Shown in pieces: positions 28,438-38,286 of a DNA stretch of 64,000 nucleotides; the first letter of the stretch is position 1, and each line of letters starts with the position of its first letter. The stretch covers positions 276,345-340,344 of the forward strand of contig CP129470.1 of the NCBI GenBank assembly GCA_030583685.1, written 5' to 3'. The DNA comes from Candidatus Dojkabacteria bacterium (GTDB lineage Bacteria > Patescibacteriota > Dojkabacteria > GCA-002793355). The notes under the pieces are model-generated. The model was not told where the DNA came from and did not search any database. It saw nothing but the letters and a program-made list of their open reading frames with translations. The position numbers were made by a program, and so were the translations under genes.

Positions 28438-29970
28438 ATGACGCTCCACCACACGATATTCAAAATTTCTCGAGGTATTCCGTATATTATCATTGGTATA
28501 GGAATACTGCTCAGAGTTACTACCTTTCTTCTCGGGAATGAACTTTGGCTCGATGAAGCCATGCTCGCAAACAATGTTATCTCAAGGGGTTTTTTCGGGC
28601 TTCTACGACCGCTTTCATACGGCCAATCTGCTCCCATTGGGTTCCTCTTCGTTTCCAAGCTGATGACGCTTATCACAAATTCCTACTCTCCTTTTGTTTA
28701 TCACCTCATCCCGCTTATCTCAGGAATCACATCGCTTTTCGTGATTAATGCGCTGCTCAAATTACTCAAGCATAATGTCCTCATTCGGAGTGTCCTGCTT
28801 TCACTGGTAAGTTTTTCTCCCTTTCTGATTACTTATTCATCTGAGTTTAAGCAATATAGTACAGAGTTATTACTGGTCAGCTTATACCTCTACCTGTGGA
28901 TACGTTTTCTGAAAGACATGTCTTTGAAAAATGTTCTTGGACTTGGCATAACTGCCATCGCGACCACATTATTTGTCCAACCTGCAGTTCTCATTATTTT
29001 TCCTACGGGGCTACTATCGCTATACTACGCTTGGACGTTTCAAACATCGTCAATAAATTATTCCCCTCTGCGCTATCTCATTTTCAGTTACTTCACAAGC
29101 GCACTGACCTCCATCGTCAATCTTCTTCCCTTGCTCTTTGCAGACAGAAACAGAGATTACCTAAAAAATTATTGGCAAGAGCATGGAGGATTTTTGCATA
29201 TAGAAAAATTGTTCCGTAATACATCTCGATTAGAAACGGGAAATGTAGTCCCAACATTATCCTCTACCATCCCTACAGAATATGAATGGTTAATGCTCAC
29301 AATTTTCAGCCTTTTTCTTTTCATTGCACTCTATTCGCTCTTTACCCAAAAAAAACAAATCGACCTCCTTATCGGCCTATTACTCTCGATAGTCCTTATT
29401 TACTGCGCGAGTGCTTTTCAACTCTTTCCACTCAATAATAGACTATCGCTCTACGTAATCCCCCTTACAAGCATCTTATACGCATTTGGACTTGAATTTC
29501 TATTGAGGAATAAATGGAATTTATCAAAACTACTTTTTGGAATAATTGTTGTATCACTCCTTCTCTTCCAAAGTCATAATTTTTTACAAGCAAAAACCGT
29601 ACTCAACGGAACAAATCAGTATAAGAATACTCACCTTCAAGGGGTTCGAGCTGCAATCAGAGAATTATCCAATAAAGATCTTTCCAATACGACACTCGTT
29701 TTTGATCGACTAGGAAAATCAGTGTTCGATTATTACTGGCTTATATCTGGAACCACTATTCCACTTAGAGATGTTGATTGGGTTGCAACAGCATCTCCTG
29801 CGCAATTGCAAGACCTAATACAATCACAACCAACAGAACGGTTCTGGATAGTACCACTATATGAGAGAGCATCCTTAATCGATCAAGACCTGTCAACTAT
29901 ACAAGGAGTCACTATATACGATACAATCATTCACGATGAAACAAAGTTCCTTCTGGTCGGTACTCCGTAA
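28438..29970 (+). CDS. GT-C fold glycosyltransferase (ArnT/PMT-like, family 39/83-type)
   Basis: 510 aa, more than 10 TM; DE motif in the first extracytoplasmic loop (NELWLDEAMLAN); large C-terminal soluble domain; divergent from the GT2-GtrA pair. Confidence 0.55.
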   Translation: MTLHHTIFKISRGIPYIIIGIGILLRVTTFLLGNELWLDEAMLANNVISRGFFGLLRPLSYGQSAPIGFLFVSKLMTLITNSYSPFVYHLIPLISGITSLFVINALLKLLKHNVLIRSVLLSLVSFSPFLITYSSEFKQYSTELLLVSLYLYLWIRFLKDMSLKNVLGLGITAIATTLFVQPAVLIIFPTGLLSLYYAWTFQTSSINYSPLRYLIFSYFTSALTSIVNLLPLLFADRNRDYLKNYWQEHGGFLHIEKLFRNTSRLETGNVVPTLSSTIPTEYEWLMLTIFSLFLFIALYSLFTQKKQIDLLIGLLLSIVLIYCASAFQLFPLNNRLSLYVIPLTSILYAFGLEFLLRNKWNLSKLLFGIIVVSLLLFQSHNFLQAKTVLNGTNQYKNTHLQGVRAAIRELSNKDLSNTTLVFDRLGKSVFDYYWLISGTTIPLRDVDWVATASPAQLQDLIQSQPTERFWIVPLYERASLIDQDLSTIQGVTIYDTIIHDETKFLLVGTP

Positions 29971-30406
29971 GAACGGTAACATCATTGCATTCTTCTCTCT
30001 CCTGAGTATCAGTTGTATCCCTTTCATTCTCTCCTACGGAAACAGAGTCCCCTTTGTCGTTAAAAGTGTCAAGAATTCATACACTTACACTCATTGGGAT
30101 AGATATTCATTTGTGTCAGAAATAACTAATAAATACCCAAACGCCTCTTTATATTACCTACAAGAAAAAAACCCCACGATCGCTCCAAACCGTACAGCGT
30201 CTTGGGAAAAAATCCAAATCACGTATCAAGCCTACCCTCGGGAAATTACGCTCCTCACACCGGAAGACCTACGAACAACAATTTCCCCGTCAGGCCAAAG
30301 CATCCTCTTTACTAATACCCGTCAAGTGCAATTGACAGAATTTGCTGAAGAGTTTATGCCACACCCTGAATATTTTGTTTATGTAATTTCTGGCGGGAAA
30401 CAATGA
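29936..30406 (+). CDS. hypothetical small exported protein
   Basis: 156 aa; N-terminal hydrophobic segment; overlaps upstream gene end by 35 bp and downstream start by 4 bp. Confidence 0.3.
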   Translation: MKQSSFWSVLRKNGNIIAFFSLLSISCIPFILSYGNRVPFVVKSVKNSYTYTHWDRYSFVSEITNKYPNASLYYLQEKNPTIAPNRTASWEKIQITYQAYPREITLLTPEDLRTTISPSGQSILFTNTRQVQLTEFAEEFMPHPEYFVYVISGGKQ

Positions 30407-31776
30407 TCTATCTAATTGTGATTCTTAAGATTATTGGACTCTATTTTCTTGGCGACCTGCTCATCGACCTTCTTAAATTGCGCACAATTACAAAAGAACT
30501 GCCGCATAAAGCCATTACGATTGTGATTCTCTATCTTTTTGGAACCTCAGCTGCAATAACGCTTCTCTATTTTTCCTTTGCACTTGGTATTCCCACGGTA
30601 TTCTCTTCGAGTCTTCTCTGGGGTATCGCGATGACGGGCTTATTCAGACGCATGTATCTCCATTATCTGCACAACTCCCATAGACTTCGATTTCCGTCGT
30701 CATTAGGAGGCATTGCTTTTTCAATTTTTTTCGTCACATCAACCTTATTTGCCTCTTTCTTTCCTGTTATTGCAAATGACGCACGAGGAATTTGGCTACT
30801 GAAAACAAAAGTTCTTTTCTTTGGAAAAGACGCATTTATGCAATTTTTACAAACTCCGTATTTTGATTACTCACACAAAGATTACCCCATTGGACTACCT
30901 CTCCTTTACGCAGATATGTCAAAGTACTTTGACACATTTTGGGAGCCTGCAGTCGGAATATTCTCCTTCACCTTCTTTTTTTCTCTTTGTTTGCTCATTT
31001 ACGGAGTTCTTAGATCGGAATTGCGATTTACCCCCTTGCTTGCGGGAATGACAACGATGGTGTTACTATTTACGGAAGAATACTCACGCCAAGGAGGAAA
31101 CGGATTGTCAGACGTTCCCTTATCACTTTTCATTGCTATCAGTATATATTTATTCTTAAAAATTGACTTCACACAACCTCACACGCTCTTCCTCCCGGTA
31201 TCTCTTGCCATAGCCACCGGATTCATCAAGAACGAGGGACTCCCCTTTTTGATAGTATTTTTACTCGCAATCATTGTCTTATTTGCCATAAAACACAGGA
31301 ACCCTCAAACATTTTCTCTGTCCACAAAAACAGTGAGGGAGCTTTTACCTTTTGCATTCCCATTACTGGGAATAATTGGAATACTTCACTGGAAAACAGT
31401 GATACGCACATTTTCAGTAGAAAATGATTTGCTTTCTGCACTGAATTTTTCCGAAATAGTACAAAGGATTCCAGTCATATATTCGGAAATCATGAGTAGA
31501 ATAACAAGCGGAATAAGATGGGGCATCCTTTTTATGCCTGCAGCGCTTCTTCTCTTTTTTCCCGTTCCTCGACGACGAGCTGTTCACCTCTCCCTTGCTC
31601 TCGCAATCATCACCTTGCAGTTTTTGAGCTATCTAGTAATCTACCTCATTACTCCTCACAATGTTGTGTGGCACATTTCTACATCATTCAGTAGACTCCT
31701 CCTTCATCTTGTTCCCAGCATACTCATTCTTGCCATTATTACCTACGCAAGAAATATCCGAAAAAATACCGTATAA
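30403..31776 (+). CDS. polytopic integral membrane protein (possible GT-C/polymerase-like)
   Basis: 457 aa, more than 10 predicted TM helices; lies inside the glycan cluster. Confidence 0.45.
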   Translation: MIYLIVILKIIGLYFLGDLLIDLLKLRTITKELPHKAITIVILYLFGTSAAITLLYFSFALGIPTVFSSSLLWGIAMTGLFRRMYLHYLHNSHRLRFPSSLGGIAFSIFFVTSTLFASFFPVIANDARGIWLLKTKVLFFGKDAFMQFLQTPYFDYSHKDYPIGLPLLYADMSKYFDTFWEPAVGIFSFTFFFSLCLLIYGVLRSELRFTPLLAGMTTMVLLFTEEYSRQGGNGLSDVPLSLFIAISIYLFLKIDFTQPHTLFLPVSLAIATGFIKNEGLPFLIVFLLAIIVLFAIKHRNPQTFSLSTKTVRELLPFAFPLLGIIGILHWKTVIRTFSVENDLLSALNFSEIVQRIPVIYSEIMSRITSGIRWGILFMPAALLLFFPVPRRRAVHLSLALAIITLQFLSYLVIYLITPHNVVWHISTSFSRLLLHLVPSILILAIITYARNIRKNTV

Positions 31777-31782
31777 TCAACC

Positions 31783-33120
31783 ATGCAGATTATTCAAGCA
31801 CTGAAATCGTTTCTTCCCCAGTCACAGACCAAGCAAACCGCGGTAAAAGGTGTGAGTTGGCTCGCTGGAGATAAAATACTCAGACTATTGGTCAGCATGT
31901 TTGTTGGTGCGTTAGTCGCTCGATATCTTGCGCCACAAAATTACGGATTACTTAACTCACTCACTGCCTTCGCTGCACTCTTTGGACCGATTGCGAATAT
32001 CGGCGTAAACTCACTCCTTCTGCGTGATATCGCTGCAAATCCAGAAAAGGAAAGAAAGATTATTGATGCGGCGATCGTCCTCAAACTAATTGGAGGGATG
32101 TCTGCGTTCTTATTAGCGGTTGCTATTGGCGTAACTTTCGCACGAGCGCAATATCACCCACTGCTCGTTATTTTTGCAACAATTCATTTTGTTTTCTATT
32201 TTTTTGAGACTCTCGAAATTTGGTTTTACGCTAAACAGAGACAAAGCATTCCTGTTCTTGCAGGACAAGCGAGCTTTTTACTTACCTCAGCAATTCGTAC
32301 CTACTTAGTGTTTACTGATGCCGGACTTCTTGCAATTCTCATCTCCTACTCGCTTGACTCAATTCTCGGGGGGCTGTTTGTGTATCTTTCGGCTCGAAAG
32401 CATCTCAATTTCACAATAACGAGTATTCATACCTCTTTTGCAGCGGTAAAAGAACTCTTTATTTCAGCATGGCCACTGGTTCTTGCGGGTATTGGAACAA
32501 TTTTGTATATGAAAATTGACAAAGTTATTATGCCTTGGATCACGTCAACTTATGATGTCGGTATCTATGCAGCAGCTGCCAGACTATCAGAGCTTTGGTA
32601 CTTTTTACCCTATTCAGTCTATACCGTTTTTGCACCGTTGATTGCACAGGCAAAACGCTCAAATCCTGAACATTATCTCAAGAGAATTCAAAAAAGTTTG
32701 ATCAGCATAACGCTTATCACCACAATTATTGCGCTTGCAACAAGTATAGGAGGTCCAGTAATTGTCAGTATATTGTTCGGAGCTGCGTACCTGCCTGCAA
32801 TCCCTGCACTTACCATTCATATCTGGTCCCTTCCTTTTGTTGCCATGGGCTTAATCGTCGAAGTATGGTTACTAAATGAACGGTTACAAAAATTGCAGGT
32901 TGCAAGAACTTTTATTACCGCAGGAATCAATATTTTACTCATATTCTGGCTCGTTCCCCTATACGGACCTGTTGGAGCTGCAATAGCGACACTCGTTGCA
33001 TATTCATACCCGGGACTTTTTGCAAACGTACTCGACAAAAGAACACGGGGATTCTTCTATCTGCAACTACAGAGCATCTTGCCAACGAAAAGAAATTTTC
33101 GCTTACTTATGGAAAAATAA
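31783..33120 (+). CDS. Wzx-type oligosaccharide flippase (MOP/polysaccharide biosynthesis protein family)
   Basis: 445 aa, about 12 TM; N-terminus KGVSWLAGDKILRLLVSMFVGALVARYL typical of the polysaccharide biosynthesis protein family. Confidence 0.7.
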   Translation: MQIIQALKSFLPQSQTKQTAVKGVSWLAGDKILRLLVSMFVGALVARYLAPQNYGLLNSLTAFAALFGPIANIGVNSLLLRDIAANPEKERKIIDAAIVLKLIGGMSAFLLAVAIGVTFARAQYHPLLVIFATIHFVFYFFETLEIWFYAKQRQSIPVLAGQASFLLTSAIRTYLVFTDAGLLAILISYSLDSILGGLFVYLSARKHLNFTITSIHTSFAAVKELFISAWPLVLAGIGTILYMKIDKVIMPWITSTYDVGIYAAAARLSELWYFLPYSVYTVFAPLIAQAKRSNPEHYLKRIQKSLISITLITTIIALATSIGGPVIVSILFGAAYLPAIPALTIHIWSLPFVAMGLIVEVWLLNERLQKLQVARTFITAGINILLIFWLVPLYGPVGAAIATLVAYSYPGLFANVLDKRTRGFFYLQLQSILPTKRNFRLLMEK

Positions 33121-33324
33121 CAATACTATGAACGACGAAATCAACTACTTGTTACGAGAATACTACCAGAGAGGAAAACGAAAAATAAAACATTACCTGT
33201 TACAGACCGATAAGCCTCGATTCAACGTATTCAAGACAGCAATCTTCGTACATTCGACCAAACACTCGAAAGAGAATTTCAAAAAAGAGCTGAAAGAAGC
33301 AATTCTTGCTATACTATCCCAATC

Positions 33325-34125
33325 ATGAACCTCAAAAAACCTTTTATAAGCGTCATCACCGTCGTCAGAAACCGCGAAATGTCGGTTGAGGCATGTATAA
33401 AGAGTGTTCTTGAGCAAACCTACTCTTCGTTTGAATACATTATTAAAGATGGAAACTCAACTGACCAGACAGTTTCGATAATACGAAAATACGAGAAAGA
33501 CCTCGCCTATTTTGAGACGACTGCGGACAAAAGCCTGTATGACGCAATGAACATTGCAACACAGAAAGCACGGGGAGAATGGGTATGTTATATCAACAGC
33601 GATGATCGTTTTATGTCTTCACAAGTATTATCAGAAGTTGCCCCATTTCTTCAGCAATCAACCGCTGACATTATCTACGGTAAAGCAATTATTGACATTA
33701 CGCAAGGAGTTCACAAACAACTTCCTCATAATCCAATCGAGACAATCTGGAAGAAAATGCCCCTCTGTCACCAAGCAGTCTTTATCAGAACGAGCGTTGC
33801 GAAACAACATCAGTATTCACTTTCTTACTCCTCAGCTGCAGACTACGAACTATTCTATAGGCTCTGGAAACTCGGCTATCAGTTTGAACGAATTCCCGTC
33901 ATAGTAGCTCATCTTTCCGCAGGGGGATTATCTGACAAACAACGATTGCGTGGACTGAAAGAAGTTGGCCAAATCAAACGGCTATATGATTCAAACCGTT
34001 TCCATCATTTGTTGCACTCATTACATATCTTAAAAAGTGCAATAAATTTGAAAGTTAAAGCAGTACTTCCGAAACAAATAGTACACCATCTATTACTTTT
34101 ACGTGCGAAAACTCAAAAGATATGA
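33325..34125 (+). CDS. family 2 glycosyltransferase
   Basis: ISVITVVRNRE...FEYIIKDGNSTDQT...YINSDD GT-A/DXD motifs; 266 aa. Confidence 0.75.
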   Translation: MNLKKPFISVITVVRNREMSVEACIKSVLEQTYSSFEYIIKDGNSTDQTVSIIRKYEKDLAYFETTADKSLYDAMNIATQKARGEWVCYINSDDRFMSSQVLSEVAPFLQQSTADIIYGKAIIDITQGVHKQLPHNPIETIWKKMPLCHQAVFIRTSVAKQHQYSLSYSSAADYELFYRLWKLGYQFERIPVIVAHLSAGGLSDKQRLRGLKEVGQIKRLYDSNRFHHLLHSLHILKSAINLKVKAVLPKQIVHHLLLLRAKTQKI

Positions 34126-36413
34126 ACCGGCTTTTCCTACAAAAACTATTTTTTTTCGCACTTCTTTTTACCCCAGTGATTGAGATTATCAATTCTCTGA
34201 CATTCACGGAATTTCTTGCCCTAGGAACTGTTGGACAGATAGTAAAAGCGGGACTGCTTATTCTTGCACTACTCATCCTTGAAAGAAAGGAACGTGCAAT
34301 TTTCTTGCTTACTACCGGCACTCTTTTGGGATTTGCACTTCTTCATCAACTCTTCTCTTTTCATGAATTTTCTTTAGAAAAATTACTGACTGACATTGTT
34401 TTTGTTATGAAGATTGTCTATATACTTCCTCTCGGTTTTCTCGCGAGACGAGTCTCAACAGGATATATCCTTTTAGCGAGCACTCTCGCATGGGTTATCA
34501 TCGTATTAAACATCGCAATCGGGGCATTAGGCTATGGAGACACTCAGTATGCTCTTGGCTTCGGATATAAAGGTTTCTTTTATTCAGGGAATGAGATGGT
34601 ACTCACCTTAATGGTGGTTTCTGCCACAATATTGTATTTTCTCTATAAAACAAGACACACCGCGCTCGGGGTCTGTTTCAGCATTCTCCTTATATTAATC
34701 GGTGTCATTCAAGGCATGAAAACTCTTTTGATTGGATTGCCGCTCCTTTCAATTATTATTCCCATTCTCGCTTTCTATAAACATCCTCCAGTAAACTCTC
34801 GAGGAAAGACTATAAAAATATTGCTCTCTGCTAGCATAACCTTTCTCTTTCTATTTTCTCTCCTTGCGTATCTTATTCCCGTACTTCTCCCAGACTTCTT
34901 TGCACGATTTTTGATGATTGCAGAGAAGAGCGGAATTATTGGTGCAATTCTCAGTGAACGTAATGTTTATTTGATGGCAGGGTTGGCTATGTATTTTGAG
35001 AGTTTTTCTTGGGTTGAGAAACTTTTTGGCGTTGGCCTAACGGGAGCGCTTGAACGAATTATTCCGTATCTTGGTGCGCAAAAGACAATGGAAATTGATT
35101 TTTTTGACCTCCTCTTCTCTTTTGGTATTGCTGCAATCGGATACTATTTCATCTGGCTTCGCGCGATTCACACCTTTTATAGGAACAACCTCACCTTTCC
35201 GACACTCATTTCTACACTCTTATTTATCCTTAGTTTACTCACGGGGCACGTTGTCTATTCGACCTTTCTTGTAACCTATTGGATGCTTGCAGTAAATCTC
35301 CAACAAAAATTGACGCAAGCGAATCATGTTTCCGATTCAGTCTATTTTGTCGGGACTCGAGCAACAGGCGGAATTGCAACCTATATTCGCGAAACTGTCG
35401 CACGAACCTCCTTCACGCGCATAACTCCGATTTACTCGAACCAGGATGGCACCTTTATCGCAAAAGGACTCAGCTTTCTCTTAGCAATCATTACCCTCAA
35501 GTTCTCCCTCATCACAGACTTTCTTATTGGAAGAAAAAGTATTCTCCATCTGCATACTGCTACAGCAGCAAGTTACCAACGAAAGCTTATCATAACGCTT
35601 CTCTTTTCATGGTTTGCTGATAAAGTTGTTCTTCATTTTCATAGTGGGGAAATGGTCGTTTACTTCAGAAAATTGGTCACCAATAAAATTAATCGCAGAT
35701 TGCTACAGTATTTGTTAAAACGGGCATCTCTTCTCATTGCGGTCTCACAAGAATTACACAAGGAACTACAAGAATTTTTTGTCTCAGAAAAACTACCGTA
35801 TGGATCTTTTGAAACACTCCAAAATGCGATATATCTCCCCAAAACATTTCCTACCCCACTCAGAAGAAAACAAAACGAGGCAATTCATATCCTGACAATT
35901 TCCCGCTTATCCAGTGTAAAAAATATTGTTCTCATACCAGACATTGCCCGTGCGTTAGCAAAACAAGGAATTTCGTTTGTTTGGACTATTGTCGGAGGTG
36001 GTCCCGATTTCGATCTTCTTCAGGAGAAAGTGACTTCCTATTCATTACAGAAAAATATTTATTTAGTGGGGGAAAAAGAACACAAAGATGTTTGGAAATA
36101 CTATGCGAAATCTCATATTTTTGTACTCCCCTCTTTGTTTGAAAGCTTTGGTTTAGTCGTCCTTGAAGCATACATTTCTGGAATTCCTGTAATAACCAGC
36201 GACGTTGGGGGATTAAAAAACATTGTTCAAGACAACAAAACAGGATTCCTCGTTCCAGTCAATGATACTGACGCTTTCGTTGAGAAACTTACGGTACTTG
36301 CAAAAGATGAGTCCTTAAGAATTGCACTCGGAACTTCAGCTCAGCTTTTCGTGAAAGATTTCAGCTACGATAAACATGAAGTGAAGTTACAAAGACTTCT
36401 GACTCAAGAGTAA
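34122..36413 (+). CDS. fusion protein: Wzy/O-antigen-ligase-like polytopic membrane domain + C-terminal GT4 (family 1-type) glycosyltransferase
   Basis: 763 aa; N-terminal roughly 420 aa with more than 10 TM and a Wzy_C-like loop (ERNVYLMAGLAMYFESFSWVEKLFGVGLTGA); C-terminal retaining-GT E-x7-E motif ESFGLVVLEAYISGIPVI and GGLKNIV. Confidence 0.65.
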   Translation: MNRLFLQKLFFFALLFTPVIEIINSLTFTEFLALGTVGQIVKAGLLILALLILERKERAIFLLTTGTLLGFALLHQLFSFHEFSLEKLLTDIVFVMKIVYILPLGFLARRVSTGYILLASTLAWVIIVLNIAIGALGYGDTQYALGFGYKGFFYSGNEMVLTLMVVSATILYFLYKTRHTALGVCFSILLILIGVIQGMKTLLIGLPLLSIIIPILAFYKHPPVNSRGKTIKILLSASITFLFLFSLLAYLIPVLLPDFFARFLMIAEKSGIIGAILSERNVYLMAGLAMYFESFSWVEKLFGVGLTGALERIIPYLGAQKTMEIDFFDLLFSFGIAAIGYYFIWLRAIHTFYRNNLTFPTLISTLLFILSLLTGHVVYSTFLVTYWMLAVNLQQKLTQANHVSDSVYFVGTRATGGIATYIRETVARTSFTRITPIYSNQDGTFIAKGLSFLLAIITLKFSLITDFLIGRKSILHLHTATAASYQRKLIITLLFSWFADKVVLHFHSGEMVVYFRKLVTNKINRRLLQYLLKRASLLIAVSQELHKELQEFFVSEKLPYGSFETLQNAIYLPKTFPTPLRRKQNEAIHILTISRLSSVKNIVLIPDIARALAKQGISFVWTIVGGGPDFDLLQEKVTSYSLQKNIYLVGEKEHKDVWKYYAKSHIFVLPSLFESFGLVVLEAYISGIPVITSDVGGLKNIVQDNKTGFLVPVNDTDAFVEKLTVLAKDESLRIALGTSAQLFVKDFSYDKHEVKLQRLLTQE

Positions 36414-36508
36414 GTTATACAATACTGCATACTGTGCGGTAATGTAGTCCATCGAATAATGTTCACGAACATATTTCAGATTCATACAAAATACTATACA
36501 ATAACCTA

Positions 36509-36985
36509 ATGAGAAAACCTCACCTCCTTCTAATCTGCTCCACGGGTGGGCATATCAAACAGCTGTATTCGTTGAAGGATTTTTGGAGCCGCTATGAACA
36601 CACATGGGTTTCATTTAATTCAGCAAACGCGCCAAGTATTCTCAAAGATGAAAAGAATGTCGTCTGGGCACCTCATCCCACAAATTTTCCGAACTTACCC
36701 AATAATATTAAGAATTCATTTCTGGCATTACGACTTGTTCTTTCAGGAAAATACACCCACATCATTAGTACTGGTGCGGGTGTCGGCGTCCCTTATATGT
36801 GGTTAGGATGGTTACTCAGTCCTTTCCTGAAAACGAAAACCATCTTCATTGATTCACTGACGCGAACAAAAGGTCTTTCTTTTTCTATGAAACTCGTGTA
36901 TTTTTTTACTCATATTCGCTTAACACAATGGCCAGATAATGTAAAAAAGTTCCCACGATTACTTTATAAAGGAAAAGTACTATGA
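36509..36985 (+). CDS. Alg14-like membrane-anchoring subunit of a split glycosyltransferase (EpsE/Cps14F/PssD-like)
   Basis: 158 aa; LLLICSTGGHIKQLYSL N-terminus and overall Alg14 pattern; 4-bp overlap with the downstream Alg13-like gene. Confidence 0.55.
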   Translation: MRKPHLLLICSTGGHIKQLYSLKDFWSRYEHTWVSFNSANAPSILKDEKNVVWAPHPTNFPNLPNNIKNSFLALRLVLSGKYTHIISTGAGVGVPYMWLGWLLSPFLKTKTIFIDSLTRTKGLSFSMKLVYFFTHIRLTQWPDNVKKFPRLLYKGKVL

Positions 36986-37470
36986 TCAAAGTCGCAATTG
37001 GAACCGAACAATATCAGTTTGTTCGTGCCTTAGAGTGGCTTGATAAAGCTATTGACGACGGCATTATTCCTCAGGATGAAGAAATACTCGTCCAAGCAGG
37101 TTCTACGAAGTACAAGCCCAGAAACAAGACCATAAAAATGTCTACCATTGTCCCCTACCAACAACAGATGGACGAATTTAAAGAGGCTCGTGTTTGCATT
37201 ATTCACGCTGGTATTGGGAATGTTCTTGATATGGTCGACTTAAATCGCGTTCCGATTGTCATTCCTCGCGACCCCTTACGCAAAGAGCACATTGATGCTC
37301 ACCAACTCGAGTTCTGTGAAGTTGCCAAAGACGAATTACACTTACCTGTTGTCTATACGTACAATGAGTTTGTTGCCGCACTACAAAACTATAATCCGAC
37401 GCAAACATTCCCGACGTTTAAACAACAACTGGTTGAGTATCTCGTTGGAGTTGTGGAAGGGGTAAGGTGA
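36982..37470 (+). CDS. Alg13-like catalytic subunit (GT28 C-terminal domain; EpsF/Cps14G/PssE-like)
   Basis: 162 aa; MIKVAIGTEQYQFVRA...CIIHAGIGNVLDMV pattern of Alg13/MurG C-domain. Confidence 0.55.
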   Translation: MIKVAIGTEQYQFVRALEWLDKAIDDGIIPQDEEILVQAGSTKYKPRNKTIKMSTIVPYQQQMDEFKEARVCIIHAGIGNVLDMVDLNRVPIVIPRDPLRKEHIDAHQLEFCEVAKDELHLPVVYTYNEFVAALQNYNPTQTFPTFKQQLVEYLVGVVEGVR

Positions 37471-38286
37471 TTATTCGATATCTCCAAAGCCCACAATATC
37501 GAAACTTTCTCGAATCTTCTCGATAATATGATACTTCCTTTTCGCGATATTCAAAATCTGCCCACGCTGCCAAGAAATACTCGACAGTTTGAACATTTCT
37601 TCGCCGGCGAATCCAATAAAGAGAAGTAATTCAGAAACTCCATTGTTCTCTGCAGAAATCTGTTCGATAAGTTCCTCAAGTTCAGTTTCAAGATCAAATC
37701 CCAATTCACCTCTCCAGTCCTTTATTCCCATATGAATACTCTGGGTTGTCCGTATTCCTTCTGCCTCAACAAATGATTGTGCACCGTAATTAGTTTTCCA
37801 ACGCCACATTGGGGCACGCATTGGAAGATTTTCACGTTTTGCTAAAGCAACAAAGGGTTCAAGAATCTTCGGATCTCCATGTTCCCCTTTTTGCGTTACT
37901 ATAGCACTTGGTTTTTTTCCAAATCTATCAAGAAACCACTGATATTGAGCCTCGATCTCTCGTTTAATATCTTCCTCAGAAAAGGAATCAATAACTGAAA
38001 AATCCCACGAAATGGTATCTGCGTTTTTCAAATACCCTTTTTCATCGGTCAACGTACTTCTCCCGCTCAAACCTTTGAATTTTGAATTAGCAAAACACAT
38101 GCACAGATTGACTGCAACACCACTTTCTTTTGCAATAGCAACTGCCTCTTCGCTTGCTAAGCCGTTCGGCAGAATGGAAATTTCCGAAAGTACACGAGGA
38201 TATTTTTCTAATAAATACTGAAACCCTTCATTAATTGCATGAGAAAAACCTAAATCGTGTCCGTTTATTATTAATTTCTTTTTCAT
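37471..38286 (-). CDS. YdjC/ChbG-family carbohydrate deacetylase (paralog A)
   Basis: LIINGHDLGFSHAINEG aligns to YdjC N-terminal LIINADDFGLSxGVNxGI; 271 aa. Confidence 0.55.
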   Translation of the reverse strand: MKKKLIINGHDLGFSHAINEGFQYLLEKYPRVLSEISILPNGLASEEAVAIAKESGVAVNLCMCFANSKFKGLSGRSTLTDEKGYLKNADTISWDFSVIDSFSEEDIKREIEAQYQWFLDRFGKKPSAIVTQKGEHGDPKILEPFVALAKRENLPMRAPMWRWKTNYGAQSFVEAEGIRTTQSIHMGIKDWRGELGFDLETELEELIEQISAENNGVSELLLFIGFAGEEMFKLSSISWQRGQILNIAKRKYHIIEKIRESFDIVGFGDIE

